Source: Gemmatimonadota bacterium
Lineage (GTDB): Bacteria; Gemmatimonadota; Gemmatimonadetes; Gemmatimonadales; GWC2-71-9
DNA length: 64,000 nt
NCBI GenBank assembly: GCA_039588295.1
Contig: JBDHAB010000001.1
Coordinates: 352,001 to 416,000, forward strand
Direction of reading: 5' to 3'
Under the pieces are notes generated by a model. That model was not told the origin of the DNA. It searched no databases and saw only the letters and a list, made by a program, of their open reading frames with translations. Made by a program: the position numbers and the translations under genes. Positions 40,143 through 49,758 of this stretch are shown piece by piece; position 1 is the stretch's first letter; the number at the start of each line of letters is the position of its first letter.

Positions 40143-40466
40143 TTACGGCGAGCGCGGGCGCCAACGATGGCGCTCAAGGTCCAGGCGGCCATCGCTGTCA
40201 AACTGTATGCCCTCGGCTTCGAGCAGAACCCGCTGCAGTTTGTCGTAGCCAGGCTGTGATCTGGGGCTCACTCGTCCCCGAGCGTTGACCACGCGGTGCC
40301 AGGGAACGGCCGCGTCGTCCTCAAGTGCGTTCAACGCATAACCGACCTGACGAGCGTGCCCGGATAACCCCGCGAGGGTTGCAACCTGTCCGTAGGTTGC
40401 GATGCGACCTCGTGGAATGCGGCGGACGACCGCGTAGATCCGTTCGTACGTCGAGCGTGTAGGCAA
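40143..40466 (-). CDS. Alkyltransferase-like (ATL/YbaZ) DNA base-flipping protein
   Basis: IPRGRIATYGQVA, ARQVG, PWHRVV (Trp in place of the catalytic Cys). Confidence 0.88.
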   Translation of the reverse strand: MPTRSTYERIYAVVRRIPRGRIATYGQVATLAGLSGHARQVGYALNALEDDAAVPWHRVVNARGRVSPRSQPGYDKLQRVLLEAEGIQFDSDGRLDLERHRWRPRSP

Positions 40467-40519
40467 TGCGGCGTTGGTACGATTCGATCGGCCGGGGTCG
40501 TCGAGCCGCGGTAACGGCC

Positions 40520-40918
40520 CTACCGCGTTTCGACAGGCAGCCGACTGCGACGCCAGCCCGCCATGTCCCCGTCGAGGTGCAGTACGTTGTAGCCCGCTTC
40601 CTTGAGCACGGACTCAGCGTACTCGGCACGAGGTCCCTCCTCGCAGTAGACGACAACGTGCCGGTCGCTGGGAATCTCGGTGAGACGTGCACCGACCTGC
40701 ACATGGGGGATGTTGAGTGCGGCCGGCACGTGTCCGTTGCGGTATTCTCCCGGTGCGCGGACGTCGAGGACAAGTGGAGCGGAGTCGGAGGCGAGGAGCC
40801 GAGCGAGATCCGCAGGTGCGATGACCTGGTGGGTAGTCATGGCGTCGCTGCACGCCATGAGCGCGGCGACCGATGTCACGGTAGACAACAACAACATACG
40901 AACGCGGTATCTCTGCAT
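40520..40918 (-). CDS. Rhodanese-like domain lipoprotein
   Basis: LMAC lipobox-like; LDVR..EY..GHVP, VYCEEGPRA, LDGDMAGW. Confidence 0.85.
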   Translation of the reverse strand: MQRYRVRMLLLSTVTSVAALMACSDAMTTHQVIAPADLARLLASDSAPLVLDVRAPGEYRNGHVPAALNIPHVQVGARLTEIPSDRHVVVYCEEGPRAEYAESVLKEAGYNVLHLDGDMAGWRRSRLPVETR

Positions 40919-41042
40919 GCTGCTACCTCTCAGAGCCACAGAATTCCGATGGCTCGGCCACCTGTGCCGGGCCGACTTCGTGGCACAAGCTAGTGGGGAT
41001 CGATCTGTCTCGGCAACGGCCGCCACGGAACACGCGGGCGAG

Positions 41043-42233
41043 TCATTCGTCTCGCGGTCGGCGGAGTAGGCGGATCGACCAGATTCCGAACGCGGGGCCG
41101 AGCGTGAGGATCGCGAACGCCCACCGCCAACCGATCCCGTCGGCAATGGCAGGCACGAGCTGAATCGTGAGCATGGTGAGGAGGAATCCAAGGGAGGTTT
41201 GCAGTGTCAGCGCCGTTCCCACTGCGTGGGCGGGAACGACCTCGGTGATCATTGCGCTGAACTGTGCTGAATCGGCGATGACAGCGATCCCCCAGAGAAC
41301 AGCGAGCGGCACGAGGAGCCAGAAGCTCGTGCCGAAGACCGCCCCAATTGCGAGAGCACACATGCCACTCACGGTCATGGCCCGGACCACCAGTCGGTCG
41401 TAACCGATACGGTCGGCAACCCAGCCGCCCCATACACATCCGAGCCCGCCCAGGGCGATGGCGACGAATGCCACGAGGTTCACGGTCTCGTCCGGCACTG
41501 CGGGCCCGCCGCGCATCGCGTGATGCGCCGCGCTGGCGGCCAGGAATGCCGGGATCCAAGTCCAGAACGCATAGAGCTCCCACATGTGGCCGAGATATCC
41601 TCCGGTGACGAGCCGCATCTCCCGCTGGCGCAGGACACTCCCAACGAGGTGCCACGAAAAAGGGCGCCGGGGAAAAGGGTACGGGCCGTCGCGGTAGGTG
41701 GTTAGCACGAGCAACGCCGCGAGTGTGGCGCCACCGGAGACGCTGAGGACGACGGGAGCAATCCCCCCCGGTACCCAGGCCCGCATCAAATACGGAGCTG
41801 CCTTCCCGACGGTGAGCGCGCCGACCAACGTGCCGATGGCAAGCCCACGGCCGTGACGGAACCACGTCGCGATCATCTTCATACCGGGAGGATAGACCGC
41901 CGCGAGGCAAAAACCGGTGGCGAACCGGAGCGCAAGTGCAGCACCGTAGCTTGGGGCCAAGGTGAGTGCGGCGTTCGCCATAGCCCCCAGTAATGCGGCG
42001 GACGCGAAGTAGGTTCGGGCGGGAACGACGTCGGCGAGATTCAAGAACGCGGCGGCCGCAGTACCGACGACGAACCCCAATTGCACGACTGTGGTGAGCC
42101 ATCCCGTCTGCCCTCGGTCGAGTGACCAGAGCTGTTGAAACTCGTCGGCCACTGCGTTTGCGGAGAACCACAGGCTCATGCCGAGCAGCTCGGCCAGTGC
42201 GAGCACAACGAGGATGACGAACCGTCGATTCAT
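41043..42233 (-). CDS. MFS transporter
   Basis: About 12 TMs; YPPGMK, GYLGHMWELY, ADSAQFS. Confidence 0.9.
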   Translation of the reverse strand: MNRRFVILVVLALAELLGMSLWFSANAVADEFQQLWSLDRGQTGWLTTVVQLGFVVGTAAAAFLNLADVVPARTYFASAALLGAMANAALTLAPSYGAALALRFATGFCLAAVYPPGMKMIATWFRHGRGLAIGTLVGALTVGKAAPYLMRAWVPGGIAPVVLSVSGGATLAALLVLTTYRDGPYPFPRRPFSWHLVGSVLRQREMRLVTGGYLGHMWELYAFWTWIPAFLAASAAHHAMRGGPAVPDETVNLVAFVAIALGGLGCVWGGWVADRIGYDRLVVRAMTVSGMCALAIGAVFGTSFWLLVPLAVLWGIAVIADSAQFSAMITEVVPAHAVGTALTLQTSLGFLLTMLTIQLVPAIADGIGWRWAFAILTLGPAFGIWSIRLLRRPRDE

Positions 42234-42306
42234 TCGCGGGGGGTGGGGTGAGGAGGTCGAGGTCGGGTCCTGGCTGAAAGGGTAACGATCGTTCAGGTGC
42301 TCAGTG

Positions 42307-42579
42307 TCAGATCTCCCGCAGCCAGAAGGTCAGAACGGTGAATACGTGACCGGTCGCGGCAGCCAGCATTCCCAAGACGTAGAGTACGCGAGCTACGTCA
42401 TAGCTCGTGACGTGCCAGCTCATGCCGATGAGGAACAGGCCGCCAAAGTACCAAGTCGCACAGCGCACGATAACGATGGCCACGCGCCGCCGCCACGCGC
42501 GGTCTGCTTCGTCCTGCCCGCGGATCCGACCGAGCTCTCTCTCGATGCGCTCGGGGCCCAGTACGAGGAGTCGACCCAT
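42307..42579 (-). CDS. Small two-TM hypothetical membrane protein
   Basis: GGAGGA RBS; two hydrophobic segments. Confidence 0.6.
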   Translation of the reverse strand: MGRLLVLGPERIERELGRIRGQDEADRAWRRRVAIVIVRCATWYFGGLFLIGMSWHVTSYDVARVLYVLGMLAAATGHVFTVLTFWLREI

Positions 42580-42677
42580 TGGACGGGTCCTCCTGCCATG
42601 CTGTAGTGCTGACTCGTGCTGCCGTGCCGAGCGAGTTCAAGTTGCCGCTACCGACCTCACACGCGCAACCGGGCGTA

Positions 42678-43169
42678 TCAGATGGAGTTGCCGGAACGCG
42701 GTATCCACTCCAGGACGGGCAGCGATCGCGGTACTCCATCCGTCGTGGCATCGACGACGCCGATGCGGCGGGCTCCCATTCTCACGTAGAAGCCCTCGGC
42801 ATTCGGATCGGACTCGATACGGATCGGTGCTCGCCGGAGCCTGAGCACTACGCGGAGTGCGTGCTGAAAGAGGCGACGGCCGACGCCTCGTCTCACGTAG
42901 TCCGGTCGCACCCACAGGTGGTCGAGATCCCAAAATGGCTCGAGATCCTGGAAGGCGCAGAAGCCGACGAGCGCGTCCTGGTGTTGGGCCACAAACACTT
43001 CGTTCGTTTCGATATACGCTGGCGTGACGGTGAGCAGCCCACGCCACTGATCGAGCCATCGAGGCGGGTAGCCCCACAGAGCCTTGGCAGCCATCGCGAT
43101 CTCGGTGAGGAGCGCGGCGTCGTGTGGCGTGGCACGACGGATCCGGAGGTCGATCACTGCGAGGGCCAC
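42678..43169 (-). CDS. GNAT family N-acetyltransferase
   Basis: AKALWGYP, LWVRP..RRGVGRRL, SDPNAEGFY. Confidence 0.88.
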   Translation of the reverse strand: MALAVIDLRIRRATPHDAALLTEIAMAAKALWGYPPRWLDQWRGLLTVTPAYIETNEVFVAQHQDALVGFCAFQDLEPFWDLDHLWVRPDYVRRGVGRRLFQHALRVVLRLRRAPIRIESDPNAEGFYVRMGARRIGVVDATTDGVPRSLPVLEWIPRSGNSI

Positions 43170-43184
43170 GAAGCTTCGAGCGAT

Positions 43185-43733
43185 CTACCTGACGCGGCGA
43201 TACGGGAATTCCAACTCGTGCACGCTGCCGTCATTTCGATGACTGGCGACGAATACATGGAGCCTGTCTTCGTCGCTGCGTCGGAAGGTCATGCCATCGA
43301 AGTACGCCTCGTTCGCGGTCAGGCGTACGAGCCGGAATTCGACTGTCTCGTCCTGTGCCTCCCAACCGGTGAGATCGGGATTGAAGTGCTTCAGCCGGAG
43401 GATCAGGCTCCCAGCTTCCTCCACGATGGTCAGCAATTCGTAAAACCTCACTGATTCGCCGTTGAGCAGGCGATACATGCCCATCATGGTGCCGCCGAGT
43501 GGTGGGCTCCACACCTCCTCGGCAGTGCCACCGAGTGCCTCGCCTCTCCAGTGGCCTGCGATCCACGCTACATCGACAATGGCTGCGGCGGGCCTGGCGG
43601 TGGGGTCGTCGAGTGTCACGATGTTGGCGGTGAGCGCGGACTGACCGAGCGCGGACGGCGTCACACCGGAACAAGCTGCGAGAAGGAGCGCGGTGATCTG
43701 GAACGTTGATCGTGGGGTCACGAACCGTAGCAT
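43185..43733 (-). CDS. Secreted DUF6265-like protein
   Basis: WIAGHWRG..EEVW..P..MMGM, LKHF; GGAGG RBS. Confidence 0.75.
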   Translation of the reverse strand: MLRFVTPRSTFQITALLLAACSGVTPSALGQSALTANIVTLDDPTARPAAAIVDVAWIAGHWRGEALGGTAEEVWSPPLGGTMMGMYRLLNGESVRFYELLTIVEEAGSLILRLKHFNPDLTGWEAQDETVEFRLVRLTANEAYFDGMTFRRSDEDRLHVFVASHRNDGSVHELEFPYRRVR

Positions 43734-43803
43734 CTGAGATACCTCCGATTGTGCTGTGTTGATGGACTACCCCCGCGATGCTTCCGAGTGCCGCTGCACC
43801 TGT

Positions 43804-44004
43804 CTAGTCATGATGATCTGCTGGCCGCAGGTTCTCTGCTCCGGGGAGCCGACCGACCAGTCTCGCAGGATCGTGGATCAGTACGGGAAGGTGCTGCGGG
43901 CAGATCTGCAGGGTATTCCCCCGATATTCAAAGGTAAGCAGCGGAACGGAATCCGAGCCGCTTCCGCAGGCAAGGCATCTCTTAGTGGTCGCTTGATCGT
44001 TCAT
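43804..44004 (-). CDS. 66-aa CxxC...CxxH small protein (putative Zn-binding)
   Basis: GGAG RBS; CLACG...ICPQHLPVLIH. Confidence 0.7.
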   Translation of the reverse strand: MNDQATTKRCLACGSGSDSVPLLTFEYRGNTLQICPQHLPVLIHDPARLVGRLPGAENLRPADHHD

Positions 44005-44018
44005 GTCGCTCTCCATAA

Positions 44019-44525
44019 TCAGAATCGGCGCTCGTACCACCCGACATTCCAGAACTTTCCGAACTTCCAGCCGGCTTCGTCGAAGGTACCGACATGACGA
44101 AAGCCGAACCGTTCGTGGAATGCGATGGACTCCGGATTCGGCAAGGCGATCCCGGCATAGGCGCGGTGGACGCTCTCGGCCGCGAGGGTGTTGAACAACG
44201 CCGCGTACAGCCGAGTCCCGATGCCTCGACGGATGGAATGCGGATCGAGGTACACGGTCGTTTCAACCGACGTTGCGTATGCTGGTTTTGGACGGATCGG
44301 CGTGCTCGTCGCGTACCCGACGACTCCCGCACCGGTCTCAGCTACCAGCAGCCGCTGTCGTCCCGCGTGGCGAAATCCGGCAAACCAATCCTCCCGTTCG
44401 TCTGCGGTGAATGGCTCGAGATCGAACGTGACATGTGAGGTCCGCACGTAGTGGTTGTAGATGGTTACCAGATCGGGAAGATCACGATGCTCACCGATGC
44501 GCATGTTCACGGACTCGTTCGTCAC
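44019..44525 (-). CDS. GNAT acetyltransferase, phosphinothricin/MddA-like
   Basis: IYNHYV..SHVTF, ETTVYL, RGIGTRL, PNPESIAFHERFGF, GWKFG. Confidence 0.9.
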   Translation of the reverse strand: MTNESVNMRIGEHRDLPDLVTIYNHYVRTSHVTFDLEPFTADEREDWFAGFRHAGRQRLLVAETGAGVVGYATSTPIRPKPAYATSVETTVYLDPHSIRRGIGTRLYAALFNTLAAESVHRAYAGIALPNPESIAFHERFGFRHVGTFDEAGWKFGKFWNVGWYERRF

Positions 44526-44570
44526 GATGCGATTTGCGAATTGGTTGAGGCTTCGTCGGTCGCGCTCGCC

Positions 44571-45719
44571 TTACCAAACGACGAACACCCCGACCTCGCC
44601 GCCAAACTCGTCCCGTTCGACCCGCGCGCCCTGTGGGACCAACCAAGGACCGCCGTCGACACGAACGTTGAGGCGATGGACACCTGGCACAATGGAGGTT
44701 TGAAGCTCCCATCGGCCGCCGTCAAGGTCACGCATCGTAACGGGATGCCAATCTGTGAAGTCTGCCATGATCTCCACGGTACGCGCAGTGGCTGCATGCA
44801 CGCGAATCGTCCGTTGGCTGTCCGAGTAGGAGATCAGTTCGATTCGCACCGTCGCTGGGGACAACGGTAGCCGGAATTCCTCAGGCGGTTGCCGTAGCAG
44901 TCGAGAGATTCGCGGCGGAGGGCGCTGTCCCACCGTAAACGCTCTGAACTGCAGGCCGGCGCTGAGATACCGCCCGGCGAGCACACCGCGGGCCGGATCG
45001 GACGGATAGCGGCCACCACTCACGAGCACCGCGACGCGTCTTCCGACAGCCGCTCGAGCACTGACTTCTCCATAGACCCCGCGTCCGCCCCCACGACTCC
45101 ACGTCCGTACGCCTGTCGAGCCGTCGAATTCCACCGAGGCAAGGGTCCAGCGGGCGCGTCCTTCGATATCGAGGTATGCGGTGTCGCCCACCCAGGTACG
45201 TTGGACGTGTGCGCCGAGTGTGAAGATCCGCGGGGTGACCCACGCGCCCAGACCTACGCCGGAGACGGATCGGGTGGTTGGACCGAGAAATGTTGCGCCG
45301 GCGGTGCCGCCGACCCACATACCGTACCCTCTCCCGATGGCGTGCGCTCGGCCGCGCGCGAGGGCGTGGCCGGAGCGCGGGAAATCGGCATACGTGCCGA
45401 TTCCAGCCGTCCCCGAAACTTCACCGCGAAGTCGGCCGATGCGCGGTGTGAGTGCGGCCCCGAACACGGACCCTTGAAGCACGGTGTTGCCGCTCTCGAA
45501 TACGAGATACGTCCCCTGAACCGCCAGCATCGCGTTGGGAGCTTCGAAGCGGAGGGACGGGGTCGCGAAGGCGGCCCCTGACGCAAGGAACCCCTCAACG
45601 CTGACCGTCGAGACACCGACGTCGACCGTCCCGGTGGTCTGTGCGGCGAGCGCCGGCACGCAGGTGAGGTACAACACCGCTCTGGCCGCTTTGGCGGCGC
45701 GCCGGCGGCTTCGCGTCAC
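44571..45719 (-). CDS. Exported protein: putative beta-barrel plus C-terminal glycogen-binding (CBM48/AMPK-beta-like) domain
   Basis: Signal peptide; Gly/aromatic amphipathic strands; VEIMADFTDW...GRW...PGVHRLNVRVDGGPW. Confidence 0.72.
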   Translation of the reverse strand: MTRSRRRAAKAARAVLYLTCVPALAAQTTGTVDVGVSTVSVEGFLASGAAFATPSLRFEAPNAMLAVQGTYLVFESGNTVLQGSVFGAALTPRIGRLRGEVSGTAGIGTYADFPRSGHALARGRAHAIGRGYGMWVGGTAGATFLGPTTRSVSGVGLGAWVTPRIFTLGAHVQRTWVGDTAYLDIEGRARWTLASVEFDGSTGVRTWSRGGGRGVYGEVSARAAVGRRVAVLVSGGRYPSDPARGVLAGRYLSAGLQFRAFTVGQRPPPRISRLLRQPPEEFRLPLSPATVRIELISYSDSQRTIRVHAATARTVEIMADFTDWHPVTMRDLDGGRWELQTSIVPGVHRLNVRVDGGPWLVPQGARVERDEFGGEVGVFVVW

Positions 45720-45733
45720 AGGACGCGCGACAC

Positions 45734-46387
45734 CTAAGGTTTCCGGGGCCTCTGCGCCCCCTGTTGCGTAGCTGAGAGATCGGCCTCTGCGGCGGTCCCG
45801 GGCAGTCGCAACGCCAGCGCCGCCTCAGGGGCAGCCCCGAGTGCGATGTCCCGCTCGACATCCCGGCGGAAGGCGAGGTACAAGTCGTCCTCGGCGTTCA
45901 CTGCCAGTGCAAGGACCGCCTCGGTAGCCGTCTCGGCCGGCACACCCGCGGCGACCAGGTCGGCCAATACGGCCGCGGCGATCGTCAGTGACCGCGGCTG
46001 ACGCAGCGTGCGGAGCCGGGACAGGTCAGTAGGTGCAGCTCCTGCATGAAGTGCGCTGGCGCCGGCGGTGACCTCGGCGCCGGTGGAGCGTGGCCCGAGG
46101 GCGTCGTGTGCTGTGCGGAGTTCATCCACCAGCCTGCGCACGGCGAGCAGGATGCGATCTCCGGGAGCGCGTTTGCTGGCTCCTTCGAGTGCACGGTCCA
46201 CGAGTGGCTCCGTGGGCAATCCAGCGGCGCGCGCCGAGTCCAGCAGGAGATCGATCTGCACACGGACCGGATCGGACACTCTCCCTACCAGTCGTGGCTC
46301 TTGGCCGTGCGCCTGTAGCGCACCGAGCCCGAGCCATCCGGCAGCGAGGGCGATCGTGACACTCAGATGGCGCATTCGATACATCAT
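45734..46387 (-). CDS. Exported helical hypothetical protein
   Basis: Signal peptide; GLPTEPLVDRALEGASK; ATGA overlap with the upstream gene. Confidence 0.7.
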   Translation of the reverse strand: MMYRMRHLSVTIALAAGWLGLGALQAHGQEPRLVGRVSDPVRVQIDLLLDSARAAGLPTEPLVDRALEGASKRAPGDRILLAVRRLVDELRTAHDALGPRSTGAEVTAGASALHAGAAPTDLSRLRTLRQPRSLTIAAAVLADLVAAGVPAETATEAVLALAVNAEDDLYLAFRRDVERDIALGAAPEAALALRLPGTAAEADLSATQQGAQRPRKP

Positions 46388-46950
46388 GAACCTCCCACGG
46401 TCACGACCGATCCGGGGAGACCGAAGTCCGAGTCGGGTGCCGGAGGCGCAGAGGGGTCGGCCAACCAGGTCTCGCCGTCCACCAGGAACGCGTACCGATA
46501 CCGGCCCGGTGCTAGAGGAACGGTAATCGACCAAACGCCGTTTCTGCGAACCGGCTGCATTGGGGTCGCAGAGAAATCCCAGTCGTTGAAGTCACCGACG
46601 AGGGAAACCGACCCGGCATTCTGTGCAACGATGACGAACTGAATGACCGCGGAATCGGACAAACTCCCCAGGGTAGCTCCTCCCACCGAACCAGGTGTCG
46701 GAGGGAACAGGAGTCGGCTGCCGACCACCAAGACAACGAGGCTCGCGGCCACAGCCAGTCCCCCCAGAGGAGTCACGGTGAGCGGGCGTCCCGTCCGCAG
46801 CCAGCGAATGACTCCGAGCACCCCGCGGCTCTTGGCTGGATACGCCTCTATCTCAGCCATGACCCGCGCATCCAGCGCCGGATCGATCCGTACTGGCTCT
46901 TTCAGGCTGGTTGTGACCCGTTCCACCAGATCGTCATGGAGTTCAGGCAC
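46384..46950 (-). CDS. Putative anti-sigma factor: cytoplasmic N-terminus, one TM, isoamylase early-set/CBM48-like domain
   Basis: TM GGLAVAASLVVLVVG; VSLVGDFNDW...GVWS...PGRYRYAFLVDG..W..DP; overlaps the sigma stop. Confidence 0.8.
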   Translation of the reverse strand: MPELHDDLVERVTTSLKEPVRIDPALDARVMAEIEAYPAKSRGVLGVIRWLRTGRPLTVTPLGGLAVAASLVVLVVGSRLLFPPTPGSVGGATLGSLSDSAVIQFVIVAQNAGSVSLVGDFNDWDFSATPMQPVRRNGVWSITVPLAPGRYRYAFLVDGETWLADPSAPPAPDSDFGLPGSVVTVGGS

Positions 46951-47503
46951 GTTCGACCTCCACCAGGATTCGCCTCAGTTCCTCTCGAGCTCGCAGGACC
47001 CGCATCTTCAACGCCGACACACTCGCGCCTGTTAACTCGGCCATCTCTTCGTAGCTCAGTTCCTCGACATGCTTGAGCAGGAACGCCTCACGGTTCGGCG
47101 GAGCCAACTGGGCCAATGCACGCTCGATCTCCTCCCGCCACGCGAAGCGGTCCGCCGCATCACCGACTGAGGCCCGTGCGAGCGCCGTCTCGTCCCGTAC
47201 CAGCACCCGATCCCGCCGCGCGCGTTGCGCCCCATGTGTGCGGCAACGGTTCACGAGAATCCCGAACATCCATGCCCCGTATCGTTCGGGATCCGTGCAC
47301 CGGTTCAAGGATCGGTACCCCCGGACGAACGTGTCCTGCAAGGCTTCCTCGGCGTCCGCCAGGTTGCCGAGCATGCGGAGGGCGTAGCGACCCAGTCGGT
47401 CCCGATACCGGGCGACGAGCGTGGCGTACGCGCGGGTGTCGCCGGCCAGGACACGTCGTACGACCGCGCCATCGCTCGGCTCCTTCACATTGTGCATACC
47501 CAT
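46943..47503 (-). CDS. ECF RNA polymerase sigma factor
   Basis: DAEEALQDTF, WMFGILVNRC, LSYEEMA..SALKMRV. Confidence 0.92.
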   Translation of the reverse strand: MGMHNVKEPSDGAVVRRVLAGDTRAYATLVARYRDRLGRYALRMLGNLADAEEALQDTFVRGYRSLNRCTDPERYGAWMFGILVNRCRTHGAQRARRDRVLVRDETALARASVGDAADRFAWREEIERALAQLAPPNREAFLLKHVEELSYEEMAELTGASVSALKMRVLRAREELRRILVEVERA

Positions 47504-47629
47504 GCTCTTGATACACCGTCACATACAGCTATCGATCCCTGCGTGACCCCGGAAGCTCCTGCAAGGTATGGACGATGTCGAAGGCCGCGACGGTTCGAGC
47601 CGTATCGGGAAAGTCGGATGGAAGGGTCT

Positions 47630-49042
47630 ATGAGACGCAAATTGCTCGCGATCTCCCTCGGAATCGCCGTGGCAGGGGTGGGCTGCTACCAGGATGAGTT
47701 GGGCCCAAGCCGCTTCGGCACCGCGACGCAGGTGTTGTTGACAGACGCGCCGTTCCCATTCGAGCTCGTCGATCGGGTGGAAGTGTACGTCGTAGAGGTG
47801 GCGGCGTCCACCGTCGCCGACACCGTACCCGGCCAGCAGGAGTGGGTGACCATCACGACGCCTCGGAGGCGCTTTGACCTGCTCGCCGTCCAGCAGGCCC
47901 AGACGGTGCTGGTCGGGGAGGGGGTTCTCCCCGCTGGCGACTATCGCGCTGTGCGTCTCACCGTCGACGGCGACTCGTCACGCCTCGTGATGCGAGACGG
48001 TCGCGATGCGACGGTCCACTGGCCGGTGGCCGGCGAATTCTCGACCTTCGCGCTCGTCGAGGCCCCGCTCGCCGTCACCGACTCCGGTACGCAGATCGTC
48101 ATCGACTTCGACGTGGGAAGGAGCTTTGCCTATCCGCTCTTTAACCCTGCGTTCGATTTCCTCTTCGTCCCGCACATCCGGGCCGTCAACGCCGCTGCGA
48201 CCGGATCACTGACAGGTGTGGTGCAAGGGGATATCGACGGCGACGGCTCGCCTGAGCCGGTTGAGAACGCGTCGGTCACGGTCTACCGTGGCGACCCGGC
48301 CCAACCATCGTTCTCATGGTGGGTTGCCGCAACGGGCCATTCCGATCAACGAGGAGCGTACACGGTTGGGTTTCTGCTCGGTGGTTCCTACATCGTTCAG
48401 GTTGACGCCCCCGGATCGGTGCACCTCGGTTCGGTCTCGAGTCCCGATGTCGCTATCACTCCGGGGATGGCGACCACCCACTCCGTGACGCTTCCGCAGT
48501 TCGATGCATCGTCAATCGTCATCGAGGGAACGCTCGGTGTGGCCGTCGGTGCGAGCACCGCGCTCCAAGCCATCGTACGTGACACGCAGGGGGTGGTGGT
48601 GGCCAACCCGCTTGTGCGATGGCAGAGCCTCAATCCGGCAGTCGCCACCGTGAACGATCTCGGCGAGTATGGCGTGGTCTCCGGTCTGACGCCCGGGATC
48701 GCGCCGATCGTCGCGACGAGTCTCGGCCTGAGCGATTCCGTGGATGTGATCGTTGGGACCGGAGCCGACACGACATCGGTTGCGTCAGTGACCGTGACGC
48801 CGGCCACACTCACGCTGGCGGTTGGGGACAGCGCCGTCGTGACGGCGATTGTGACGGATGCAGCTGGAAACGTGCTCGCGAGCCGAGCAATTACGTGGAC
48901 GACAAGCGATTCCTCGGTCGTGCAGATCATGGACACGGCGGGTGCCCAAGGGTATCTGCGGGCGACGGGCGTCGGAAGTGCCAGCGTAAGTGCTACCAGC
49001 GAAGCCACAACCGGCTCGGCCGCCGTCACGGTAGGTACCTAG
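47630..49042 (+). CDS. Lipoprotein with DUF4382-like domain, carboxypeptidase-regulatory-like domain and two Big_2 Ig domains
   Basis: GVGC lipobox; LTDAP, FDLL, IDFDVGRSF; WQSLNPAVATV, WTTSDSSVV. Confidence 0.78.
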   Translation: MRRKLLAISLGIAVAGVGCYQDELGPSRFGTATQVLLTDAPFPFELVDRVEVYVVEVAASTVADTVPGQQEWVTITTPRRRFDLLAVQQAQTVLVGEGVLPAGDYRAVRLTVDGDSSRLVMRDGRDATVHWPVAGEFSTFALVEAPLAVTDSGTQIVIDFDVGRSFAYPLFNPAFDFLFVPHIRAVNAAATGSLTGVVQGDIDGDGSPEPVENASVTVYRGDPAQPSFSWWVAATGHSDQRGAYTVGFLLGGSYIVQVDAPGSVHLGSVSSPDVAITPGMATTHSVTLPQFDASSIVIEGTLGVAVGASTALQAIVRDTQGVVVANPLVRWQSLNPAVATVNDLGEYGVVSGLTPGIAPIVATSLGLSDSVDVIVGTGADTTSVASVTVTPATLTLAVGDSAVVTAIVTDAAGNVLASRAITWTTSDSSVVQIMDTAGAQGYLRATGVGSASVSATSEATTGSAAVTVGT

Positions 49043-49076
49043 CTCCGCGTACAGGGTCGGGGTCGACGTCGGACCC

Positions 49077-49745
49077 CTAGCGTGCCACTGGAAGCTGGTG
49101 GGCGAGAAACCCGGCGCGCAAACCGGACACCATTACGACAACCGCCACTATCTGGACCAGATGGAACACTCCGTTGTGATCCAGCGGCCAGATGATCTCG
49201 AGCGAGATGGACCCACTCGCCTGAATCGCCGCGGCCAAGATGTTGAGCGCAATCGCCACGGCGATGACACCACTGCCGGGCAGCCGTCGTCGGACGGCCA
49301 GCACGGAGTACACGGTCAGTGCTGCGATCATCGCGGCGGCCTCGTACACGACGAACACCAAGAAACTGCCTACAAACAGCCGGGTGGCACCGAAGAACCC
49401 GATGGCAATTACGATCATGATCGGGACCATCCGCCGCGCGAAGTGCCGGCCTTTCCAGTCGTAGGCCGCTGCAACAACGAAGAGCGCCACCACTAGGCCG
49501 AGGCACAGGTAGAGGGGCTGCCACAGGGCGTCCCGTGCGCTTGGTGCCAGTTGGATTCCGTGCGCTACTGCCCCCAGGACGCTGGCGAACCCCAGCAGTC
49601 CGAATACCCACGACCAGATGGCGACGCGCCACGGATCTCGATCCGAGAAACGTCTGAGGTAGCCAACGCAGGCAATGGCGAGTAGCCCCAGCAGCACGTC
49701 GGTCGCTGCTGTCGTGAGCTCCGTCGGTACCGGGTTGAAGGACAT
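49077..49745 (-). CDS. Multi-TM membrane protein (DUF6962-like)
   Basis: TAATD, GAVAHG, DHNGVFH; about 7 TMs. Confidence 0.72.
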   Translation of the reverse strand: MSFNPVPTELTTAATDVLLGLLAIACVGYLRRFSDRDPWRVAIWSWVFGLLGFASVLGAVAHGIQLAPSARDALWQPLYLCLGLVVALFVVAAAYDWKGRHFARRMVPIMIVIAIGFFGATRLFVGSFLVFVVYEAAAMIAALTVYSVLAVRRRLPGSGVIAVAIALNILAAAIQASGSISLEIIWPLDHNGVFHLVQIVAVVVMVSGLRAGFLAHQLPVAR

Positions 49746-49758
49746 GGTGGTGATCGCT

